Source of the DNA: Dimorphilus gyrociliatus
Taxonomy: Eukaryota > Animalia > Annelida
Direction: 5' to 3'
DNA length: 64,000 nt
NCBI GenBank assembly: GCA_904063045.1
Contig: CAJFCJ010000007.1
Span: 740,819 to 804,818 of the forward strand
Shown: piece after piece, positions 53,806 to 64,000 of the stretch
Numbering within the stretch: the first letter of the stretch is position 1
Layout of the letters: each line of letters begins with the position of its first letter
Notes under the pieces: generated by a model
Database searches by the model: none
The model's input: only the letters and a program-made list of their open reading frames with translations
What the model was told of the DNA's origin: nothing
Made by a program: the position numbers and the translations under genes

Positions 53806-56800
53806 TACATATTTTCTTTTTGCATGTTTGTTTTCGGCTCTGATTTTTGCTTGCTTTTGCTATTTTGGAGTATGATATATCCCTGGTTTTCCCAACAGAC
53901 TTATATTTAATATGTTAATACTCTATTGTGAATTATTTTGCATCTGGATTATATTTATGCCATTAGTTCTATTCAAAATAGTCCAATTATTATATTTTAT
54001 CTATTTCTAATCTGAGAAAGAAAAAAAGATCAAAATTTTAAATTAAAAATAAAAAAAAGCGTCTATTTTTTTTCCTTCCCTTAAGTTTAATGGGTGTTTT
54101 TATTATTTTCTAAGTAAGTGGCTCTTTAATTTTACTAATAGGATGATATTAAATTAGCTTATTCTGGCGTTAAGTTTATCTTTTTTTATTTTATTTTTTT
54201 GGAAGCGTAGAAAGATGTAATCATTTTATATATAATGAAAAAAATCTTCATAATATAAAGTAATTCCTGTCTTGTTTAATGATTATATGTAAAAAGGCAA
54301 ACTTAGTCACGACATATAAATCGGTTGATAACCAACCATCTGTTGTGCTAAAAGACTATAGGAAGATAGTTACTACTATGGTCTTAATTTGATTTAATTT
54401 ATACTGGTCTTTTTTTTTAATTTAGGTCTGTTAAAAACTTATTTGTTCATATAAAACATCAAAAGGAAAAAATTACCCGATTGCGAGACAAGTCTTTTTT
54501 TTTCTTCTACGAATCATGCAATGCATTTCGTGGCCCATAGCTTTTACTCTCTATTTAGCGTTAACCTAAACAATAACATGATTGAAGCTTTAGGCGTAAT
54601 AATTCGTCAAGTGAGAAGAAAAATCAAAAAGTAAATGCAGAGGAAAACACGCGACAACTGTCAAACGTAGATATAGTATATATAAATTTAATCTATTCCT
54701 ATATATCTTTTTATTGAGCTTCTTGCAGTATAAAATAGTCTCTTTTAATAATATATGCATTCTCGACACTATAAAACTTGAAAAATTTAGTTCCAAGTCT
54801 TTCCCTTAAACTATTCCACTTTGATATTTAGGGTTCTAGAAAACTGCTTATAGAATAGTCCATTACACCTTTTGATGTTGAAAAAAGCTAAATTTGTTTT
54901 CAAAAGCCTATTCTTATGTAATTAAATACCCCCGTAGAAGCCAATATAAAAAAGAGGGATGGGATAGTGTTTGCTGCGTCTTACATTAAACATCTACCCT
55001 GGGAAGTTTTTCTATTACAAAGAGAAAAAAAAAACCACTAGTAGCAGGTGACCAATAAAACTGTACTTGCTATTTGCATTTCATTACCAACCTTCAGAAC
55101 TAAAAAATAATGCCTATTAGAATTTTAATTAGAAATCAAAGGCCTTATTATCCACTGGTGTAAACTACCCAAAATATTCTTAATTTATTCATAACTATTT
55201 GTTTAAATTTATATATACATGTACTGTATTTATATATTCTTTATAACATTGATTGAAAGAAAAGAAGAAGATATAAATAGATGTAGTTGCATACTTCAAA
55301 TATGTCAAATATTTATCTTTATCAATCTAAAAGTCTTTTAAGAACAGTAGATTTTATAAAATTTAAATTTACTTTATGATAATAATGCGATAAATCACAA
55401 GAAAAAATCAATTTCAACTTCTAAAGGTTGCTTTTAAAAAAAAACTATGACGCACATGAAAATAAAATAAACATTTCTGCAACTAATTTTGAACTATAAA
55501 ATCTTTTAATTAATTCTTCTATTATTTCTATTTTTTCTTTCTTTTGTTCCTTTGTCAACAGTACCGAACATAATTTAAACTATAGTAGAAGACTATAGGC
55601 TTTACTTTCTTTAGTTTTTTTTCTCTATACAACACTGTACTTTAAAAGTTAAAATACACACATTTAATCGATTAAAAATTAATAAACATGAAAAAAAAAG
55701 AAGAAGAGAAAAGAGAAACTATACAATTATTTTTTTTACAAAAGGCAAAAGAATAAACGAGATAGATTATGAAGTTGTACAAACTATAGAGTTGTCAAAA
55801 GATTCATTGTTACCCAGAGCAAAAATATATATATATATATAATGAGAAATTTTTTGTAAAAGCAACTGAAGAAAACCAAACTTCTATTGCCATCAAGTAA
55901 GTTTGCAATTGTTTGTCGTTTTGATATTAGAAGCCTTATAATAAAGAAACAAACTAAAGAAATATGAGACATTTTCACATAGAATAATGATTAGTCACTT
56001 CTCTCCAGAGTTCTAAACAGACAGATTAGAGAGAAAGAGGGAGAGAAGAGCAAGAAATTTATAAAATACATAGATTGACAACATTTTCCGCGAAACATTT
56101 CATTTCCTTATTTTTGTTTTATCTTCTTTTGCTATAAATATTTCATTTATAAAGATGGAATATTGCTTTAAGTATATAGGCCTTATAAGTCTATGAGAGG
56201 TGGGGAAGGGGGGAATTAAGGGAAGGGTTAGGCAGGGGAGGAAGCAAAAAAAAGAGAGAAAAAAGAGGGGAAGGAAAGGAGATTTTTTTTTTGCCTCTGA
56301 GTGTAAATACCTTTTGATGTAGTTTCTCTCTTTTGTCAACAATAAAAACGAAACTTTTCAACGATTTTTTATTATAGACCTATGTAGTTTTCTCATCGAT
56401 GCATGAATACTATGCAGAATATAAACAGTATAATATGATACAAAGTATCTATCTGCTTTGATTTTTGCTTACAATTTTTACTTTTTTGTTCAAAAAAAAA
56501 ACAAACAATATCATCTTATTTTATCATTATTTTTCGCCATCTTTCTTTGTGTAGTTAAGCTAGTTTCAAATGCAACACTACCTCTAAGAAACGGTAAACA
56601 GTGGACGAGTCCTATTTTATTCAATTGCACCTCCGATGGTAATAATGAATTTGATGATGACGAAATTACTTGGTTAAGAAATGGCAAAAAAATCGATTTT
56701 AAGAAGGAAACTGATTATGCCAGGGATAATAAAAAAGGCCAATTTAAAATCAAATTTGTAAGAATTGATGAAGATAGTGGAAATTTTACATGCCGAATTA

Positions 56801-57598
56801 AATCCGATGATGAGAAAAATGAAGATACAATTTTAATTGAAAGTAAGTATCTTAAAAACTCGTTTTATACTATGTTAGCGTTGTATGTTTTATTATAATT
56901 TATAAGAAAAGGTTTAGACCTCATTCTTTTGCCACGAACAATTTAATAAATCAGCCTTCAACGATATCATTTAAGGCAATTAAGTGTAATGTACTTATAT
57001 TGAAAATATAAGCTTCTGACATATTAAAAGTATATATGTGTCGACAACAACTGGAATTTTCTTAAATTTTACACGAGTGGCTGAAAGATTATAAAGGATT
57101 TTTTTTTAAACAGGCGAACCACAAGTTAGCTTTAAGGAGGAGAGATCAAAAAATCTCGTCCAAGGAGATCCTTTAATTCTGAAATGTCGGGTTTATGGAC
57201 GTCCGAGCCCAGATTCAGTTACTTGGTATAATCCAGCAGGTGAAATTCTATCTAACGAATTTAATAGTAGGGTAGTCTTGTCTGCCAACGAAGGTATTGA
57301 GAATGCTACGCTTAAGATAAAAGATATGGACTTTGATGATAAAGGAACTTACACCTGTGAAGCAACTAATATATATGGAACGCATAATTCAACAATTACT
57401 GTTAGAGTGAAGGATAAATTGGCCGCTTTATGGCCATTTTTGGGCATTTGCGGGGAAGTTTTAATCCTCTGTACCATAATATTCATTTATGAAAGATCAA
57501 GAAAGAAGAAGAATGCAAAAGAGGCTGAAGCTGTTGATGAAGCTGCTGATAAATTAACAAATTCCAACGATCATCATATTAGGCAGCGTAAAACCTAA
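51926..57598 (+). CDS. BSG: Basigin/neuroplastin (two-Ig form)
   Basis: Signal-peptide exon 51926-51995, a 4.57-kb first intron and two Ig domains. TM LAALWPFLGICGEVLILCTIIFIYE has the diagnostic intramembrane Glu, and the tail ends IRQRKT*. Confidence 0.9.
52528..52558. repeat. (AT)n microsatellite
   Basis: Perfect dinucleotide run in basigin intron 1. Confidence 0.95.
53695..53803. repeat. Compound (AT)n-(CT)n-(AT)n microsatellite
   Basis: Visible directly in basigin intron 1. Confidence 0.95.
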
Positions 57599-58602
57599 CT
57601 ATGCAAGACATTATTTTAAATGTTAAACTTATTTCTTTTGTTAATTTCTGCTGCACCGAGTTTTTCTGGGTTTATATAGTATAATATAAAGTATTAGATT
57701 GATTATATTATTATACCTATTGGACGTAAATATCTTGACCTAAGTATAAACTACCTAATAAGAGAAAACAAATGGAAAAAAATACAAAAGAAAGTATATA
57801 TTATACAGTTTTTCAATATCTCTACTATTCTTACTTTGCACTTTTAATTTAATTAACTTAGTTTATCATTATAGATTTGTATAACACTCGAATTTATAAG
57901 AAATCTTTCATCAACGATCTATTTTACTAAGGTAATTTAAAGGGACATTTAGAGCACTTATGTCATATTTCTTTGGGATGTATGGTTAAGAAATATCTGA
58001 TTTCTTTCCTGCTCTGTCTATCTCTCTCTCTCTCACACACACACTTTGTCTCACTGTCTATTTATCTCTCTCCTGTTTAATTAGATAATAACAGAAATTA
58101 CTATAAGTTCTCTTACGCTCAATAGTTAATAGCTAAGTGATTTAAACGAGCAATTTCCTTCTATGGATAGAAACCCATAGAAAAAAATAATTCCTAGTCG
58201 TTAAAGTTGAAAGCTTTTTAGATAAAAGAAAGAAGAATATTCTACATCTCTATAGAACAGACTACTATGCTACGTTAGTTTTCATTATAGTGCTATATTT
58301 TACATATTCAGTTGCCAGCTTTCTACTATTCAAAATTAGCTTCATTTTGATGCTTTTCTAAGGGAGTAGTGTACCATTTTGCTGCTATTATTATTTATTA
58401 TTATTATTCTTATCAATTTAACAATAAAAAACATATAACCTTAAATAGAAGTCTTATAAATATAACAAAACATAAATGTGATATTTTAGAATTGAAATGT
58501 TAATAAAATTCTGTTATATATCCCTAATTAAGTGGCGCAATCTATCGGTACATGTACTTTATTGTCTGTTACATTTTAAGACTATTTGCCCCAAGCCCAA
58601 TC

Positions 58603-58612
58603 TTTCTTTCTT

Positions 58613-58687
<75 letters not shown>

Positions 58688-58690
58688 TTT
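58603..58690. repeat. (CTTT)n/(CT)n microsatellite
   Basis: Long polypyrimidine dinucleotide run. Confidence 0.95.
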
Positions 58691-59285
58691 ATTGTTGATG
58701 TATATACAGTACTATAATATGTATCTAGTAGATAGTATTGGGTGCATATCTCTCTGCCTGTCATTCTCAATGTTTTTCTCTTCTTTAATATTGATTGATG
58801 AGGAAAAAGATTTGAATCGATGAGAAAATTGTATATGATAAACCTGTTTAAGATACACGAGAGACTCATGCTCAAAGATATTATGTAGTGTAAAGAAAAA
58901 GACTTGAAAATTCCAAGATTACGATTTATTCTCTCTATTAATTAAACACTCTTATTAATCTACGAAATAGGGAACAGAACAAAATCAAATAGAAAGTAGT
59001 TGGAAAGAGAAAGAGAAACATAGAGAGAGAGAGAGAGAGAGAGTATAGGGAAAATCGTCTGTATTTCGCTTGGAGAATTAATAAAGCGACGCAAGAGAAA
59101 TTTATCCAACGGGTTGACAACTAAATCTAGAACATATCACTTCATGCTAATTTTATTTATGTTTTGATTAAATACTTACACACGAAGCTTTTTTTTCCCA
59201 TTAAAACTTTGTCCATGTTATTAGGATTCTTATTTAAAAAAAAAGCGTACATTTCTAGAATAACTTTTATAGGCTTCAAAATACT

Positions 59286-59289
<4 letters not shown>

Positions 59290-59339
<50 letters not shown>
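59290..59339. repeat. (AT)n microsatellite
   Basis: Perfect run of about 25 units. Confidence 0.95.
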
Positions 59340-59342
<3 letters not shown>

Positions 59343-59490
59343 GTATATGTATATGGTCTAACGTAGAAAAAAAGAAGAGATTATTATATTCTATACATGG
59401 CTGCGCGAAGACTTCATAAAAATGTAACAAGATCAGTCAACCACAACATTAGTATCATTATTCTTGTATCTAAATTGTTAGAATATTCAT

Positions 59491-61195
59491 TCACTTGTTC
59501 CATTAGATCGAATAATTCCTCTTCGCAGGGCCTTCAGTCTGTGTATAAAAGGTACTTTTTTCATATAAAGGTATACATATACAATATATAAAGTATATAT
59601 AGCTATATGAAACTTTCTTGGAAAGTAACAAACGCGACTTATTTCTTATTCGCTTCTTTGCTTATTTGTTTATATAGTCTTGGAATAAACTTACTCTTCA
59701 TAAATTCCCTCTAGTAATTGAATCTTCTTCGTGGATAGTGATAATTTCTCTTCCTGAATTTTTATTAACCTTTCATTTTGTTTGGTAATTGAACTATTAT
59801 CGTTTTGTGTGGAAAGGGAAGCTAGGCTAGGTGGAGAATTTATCCCTCTCTTGCTGATATTACTAGATAATTCATAGTTATCTTGGGCACTTCTTCTCAA
59901 TAGTAGAGTTGTGCTGTTTTTTACTTCTTCCAAATTTTCACTGTCTAATCTTTGACATGCTGACAAACTAAGGCTTTCAACTTTAAAAAGTTCATTATCG
60001 CCAATAGACTTTATATTTGTCATCACTTTTGATTTATCAGTTTTTATTGGAAATTGTTTACATTTCTCTATTCGATCATCTGTAGGCTTTTTTATGAATG
60101 AGAGAACCATTTTTTCAATTTCATCTAGCGGTTTAACATTACGAAATAGTCCAAACTCTTCCTTTCTTCGAATTTTTATATAATGTTGTTTTGTTCTCGA
60201 CTTTAAATCTAACCATTTTTTCCTTACCTGTTGATTATTTAATTAAAAACTATTAAATAGAAAGACTGAGAGAAAAAGACGAAGAGACAATGAGATGGAC
60301 AGAAAGAAGAGATATTTTCTATGGCATTCTCTTTATATAGTATTTACTTGTCAATCTTAGATATTAGTGTTTGTTTTTTGTTACCAATATATATAGTTAT
60401 TATTGGGAAGGCAGAGGGAGATTTTAAAAAAACACCAACACGAAATGTCATGCCTTATAGGCTGATTTTTGTTATACTGACAGTATTAACGGCGAATGTC
60501 AAAACACCTTGGGAAATGTAAAATAGTTTTATCTTAAAAGCTTTATTATATTTCTTACTTTTGTAAAAATTTAAATATTCTTTTCACTGTTTAATCTTTT
60601 AATGCTTTCTTTTCTAGATTAATTGAATATATTTGATATTGCGCAAGAAATGAGAATAGAAATTTGTTAGAGTGAAAAAGTAGCGATTTATAAGCAGGAA
60701 ACAAGCTTTACCATCTCAAACTAAGTGCGAATATACATCATTTCCATTTATGGACAAAGGATATACGGGTAACGGAATTGAATATCAATAGAGCGTAAAA
60801 TGACCAACTAAATATAGAAAATTGTTTTTGTCTAGTTTTTTTTTTTAATAAAAAAATTCCATTTTTTCTATTTTTTCCTTAATAAAGAAAAGAAAAGAAA
60901 CTCAACATCTTTAATTTCTCTATGTATTCCACTTTTTTTTCGCATCCTCTCTACAATATCCATCCAAATGGCAGCTTGTAATTGATGGATTTTCGGGTCT
61001 ATTAAACGAAAAAAGAAGAATTTAGCATGGGAATTGTACATAATCGATTGAAAAAAAAGTACAAGTTTTAGCTGTTCCATTTTCCAAGATATCGAAGTTG
61101 TCTTTTACACCTTTAACTAATTCAGTCTTTTCCAAATCGGAATAATTCTTATCCTTTTTCCTAGATTTTCTTACAATTGGATTACTATTAGCCAT
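59491..61195 (-). CDS. Myb/SANT-like DNA-binding domain protein (MSANTD / Harbinger-Myb type)
   Basis: Exons 61063-61195, 60907-60998, 59695-60227 and 59491-59538 join in frame. Translation KNYSDLEKTELVKGVKDNFDILEN...AAIWMDIVERM...DVRKKWLDLKSRTK gives the trihelix pattern, with a C-terminal coiled coil ending IYEELKALRRGIIRSNGTSE*. Confidence 0.75.
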
Positions 61196-61875
61196 AACTA
61201 AATTGTTGCTTTTTTTAAAACAATTTCTATCAATTACAACGTACTTTCTCCATTCAAAGTGAGAAAATCTAATTTTTATTCCAATATGCTTATAATTTGA
61301 AATTTTTTTTACTTTTACTAGAAGCGCCATCTGCATTAAACGATTATTATTTACCCTTTAAATCAACAGTAATAAACATTAATGGATAAATAGATTAGAT
61401 AGTAATATTAACGCTTCCTGGAAATGAACTATAAGAAGAATAGGGCAGAAGGGAGTAATATTCTATTTATTAGTTAATTAAGAATCGGTAAATAGCTATA
61501 CTGTTCTTAATATGTGAAAGACTTAGGCTTTGCAATGGCAAACTCTAATCGCATTTTTAGCTTGACCCAGTTATCTAAACATAGTATATCCTCCGAAAGA
61601 GAGTTTAATTTGAAAAAGTATTAAGCATAACAATAAAAATGAACATTAAGACCATTAAATAAAGCTATATATTGAGGTTTTTAAGAGCTCTATTTATTAT
61701 TTTTATCATCTCAGAACATAAAAGTAATAACAAACTCTGCCAGAAATGTACTTAAAAATTAAGTATTCTGTTTGTTTGTTTGTTTGTTTTTTTGATATGA
61801 AGGTTAGATGAATGATGATTCTATAAATGCAAATTTTCTCTTTATATATATATTTATATATATATCTGTCATTTT

Positions 61876-64000
61876 TCACCTATTTAACAATTCTCTTAAT
61901 TGATCTAGAACTTCACTATTGACATTTGTCCATATTTCTTGGCCTGCTTCTCTATTGAGTTCTTCGATAATTTGTTTAATACAAACAATCACATCAAAGT
62001 TTTGTGCCGGGTCTTTTTGACTTAGTTCCATCTTCCGACGTTCGTGCCAATTACTTTCTGGTGTTATTGACCAATTTAAGGCGTCCGAAGTATTATCATT
62101 CTTTACAATACAGACTGCATTTTGTACCAAGAAGTCAACAACTTCGGGGAAAATCTCTAATAGAACTGGTCTGTAAGGCGACTTAAGAAGTGTTAGAACT
62201 GCCAAAGTGCTTAATTTTTTCTTATCAATGTGATTAACGCAGTCGTTATGCTGTATGAATAGTTTAATAATATAGGGACCACTTTCTGAGCACAATTCGT
62301 TTAGAGATGATATATTTTTTAAAATAAGCCTTGCTAAGATGGATAGTTGAAAGGATGTCATTACGGGGTTTTCATCTAATGGTTCTGATGGCTGAACTAG
62401 ATATGAGACTGTATTTTCATAGACTTTCTTAAAGGTTGACGGCGGTATAAGTTGGATTGAAAGTTCAACTGTTCTTAGAATGAGTACAATCTGATTGGAG
62501 AAAATTAGAAAATATAGCATATTATTTGCAAAGCATACATCAAATGATTGATTATTAGTGAAAGTACACATACCCCTTCGTTTTTCAATTCAGACATCAT
62601 CATTGAGAAACAGTCATCAAACATCTGACCAAACACATCGTAAACTTTATTCGGTGATGCCATAACACAACTTTCAAATATTTTCAAACAACACCGTACA
62701 TTCTCAGTAGAACTTTCCATTATTTTAACTATACGCCCTAGAAGTGATAGGGTCTCATCGGAAATAGCTTCGACGTTTTGAAGATGGGCTAACCAAAGCT
62801 CTAGACCATCTTCTAATAAATAAATAGTATCGGGATTATCTAAATCTGTACAATTATCAATGACCGGTAAAACAAAATGTAGAAGAGAACAATTCTTTTC
62901 TTGTAAATTTTCAAGTAGCAATTTCGTAGCGGTGACAATTGAAGATTTTAAAGTGTGCTCTTTTTCAGCCGCCGTCCACAAATTAGGTAGATAGTCCATT
63001 AATTTACTAGTCAAAGGTATAATACTCCTTCCGCATCTTTCCATTGAAAATGATATTACATTTAAAACCAAAATCTTTGATTCAACCTCTTCAACAGATA
63101 GTAAAATGTCATATAGCTTACGGAATATATCTTCAAGATACTAAAAGACAAAATGAATATTAAATTTATAAGAAAAGTAAACAAAAGTAAAGATTATAGT
63201 ACTAACTGGAACTAGATCTTCGGATTCCAAATGAAAATCATCCAGAGCTAGACGAAGAGCTGAGACAGTTTCTAATTTTACAACAGTATCTTTTTCTCCC
63301 AAAAGGATACTTATAATTCTGTAAAAATCCTTTTTTAATGTAAATTTCACTCCAAGCCATCTGGCGATCATCCAGACTATTCTTCTTCTAAGAATAAAGG
63401 AGAATGGTTGATCGAAATTCAATTCGGCTACTAAGGAGTTCTTAAACCAGGAATCAAAATCAAGTTCATCGTATAGTTGATAGGAGGCTAATCCAATGGA
63501 TTTGTAAACGGCATCTCTTCTGAGTACGCTTTCCAAGTCGTGAGAAAATGTTGCAGGATTACCGCAGTATTGGTTCAGCAGTTCAAGCAGCAGAGGGCAG
63601 AGTTGTTCCGAATATTCTTTAATTACGGATAGGAAAAGCTTTTCAACGCACTTCTCAAAGTAATAATATTTGTAACAGATACCAGCGTGGTCCTCATTGC
63701 CTATTACGAAGAGAAACATCAATATGATCAACTATCTAAAAACATTAACAAAGATAGTTTTACCGTATTCTTCTGGAATTTCCTCCCAAGCTTGTAGACT
63801 ATCTTCGGTTAGAACCATCATATCCATAACTAAATGCTGACCAAGCTGAGTGATTGTTGAGTAAGTGAAAAAGTTTGTTTTTTGTTTAAGTCCTTCGTTT
63901 GCATCATGAGTTTTAGATGTTTTTATTAATTTATAATCAGGTAAACGTATAATTGAATGCAAAACATTCAACAGATTTATTCTTATCTTTATATCATCTA
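61876..64000 (-). CDS. IPO11: Importin-11, 3' part; gene begins past the right edge
   Basis: RRDAVYKSIGLASYQLYDELDFDSWF, ILRRRIVWMIARWLGVKF, LALDDFHL, YLLEDGLELWLAHL and HERRKMELSQKDP. Introns traced are GT-AG. Confidence 0.92.

Noticed and set aside
51996-56563. Hidden third Ig exon (long basigin or neuroplastin-65 type) in the 4.57-kb intron
   Set aside because: I found no open frame with Ig Cys/Trp motifs by eye. A tBLASTn would be decisive.

Overview
This is AT-rich eukaryotic (animal) genomic DNA with very compact genes. Introns are mostly about 45-80 bp, almost all GT-AG, and several gene pairs sit head-to-head. The proteins look lophotrochozoan; a miniature-genome annelid such as Dimorphilus is a plausible but unconfirmed source. 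Genes in order, with exons spliced by hand: DCUN1D1/2 (-, cut by left edge), MCM7 (+), Mad/Mxi1-type MXD (-), a PptH-like metallophosphoesterase (-), P4-ATPase ATP11 (+, two possible C-termini), TBC1D24/skywalker (-), BCL9/legless (+), USP20/33 (+), an Ig-FN3-DB membrane protein (+), an intronless peptide-type GPCR (-), SLC7A6OS/IWR1 (-), a divergent NAA25 (+), two orphan ORFs (-), RPC7/POLR3G (+), BACE (+), ICA69/ICA1 (-), basigin/neuroplastin (+), a Myb/SANT-like gene (-) and importin-11 (-, cut by right edge). The most unusual feature is a 415-bp interruption inside a TBC1D24 coding exon (17123-17537). It starts with GT but ends in CG rather than AG, carries a perfect 17-bp terminal inverted repeat and is bracketed by a 5-bp direct repeat. 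It could be a MITE-like insertion acting as a non-canonical intron, a disrupting allele, or a one-base error. Other notable items are an intronic hairpin and candidate microexon in MXD, alternative ATP11 tails, recurrent E-box, E2F and CTCF-like sites, and a bacterial-type PptH phosphodiesterase. No tRNA, rRNA or CRISPR array was recognised.
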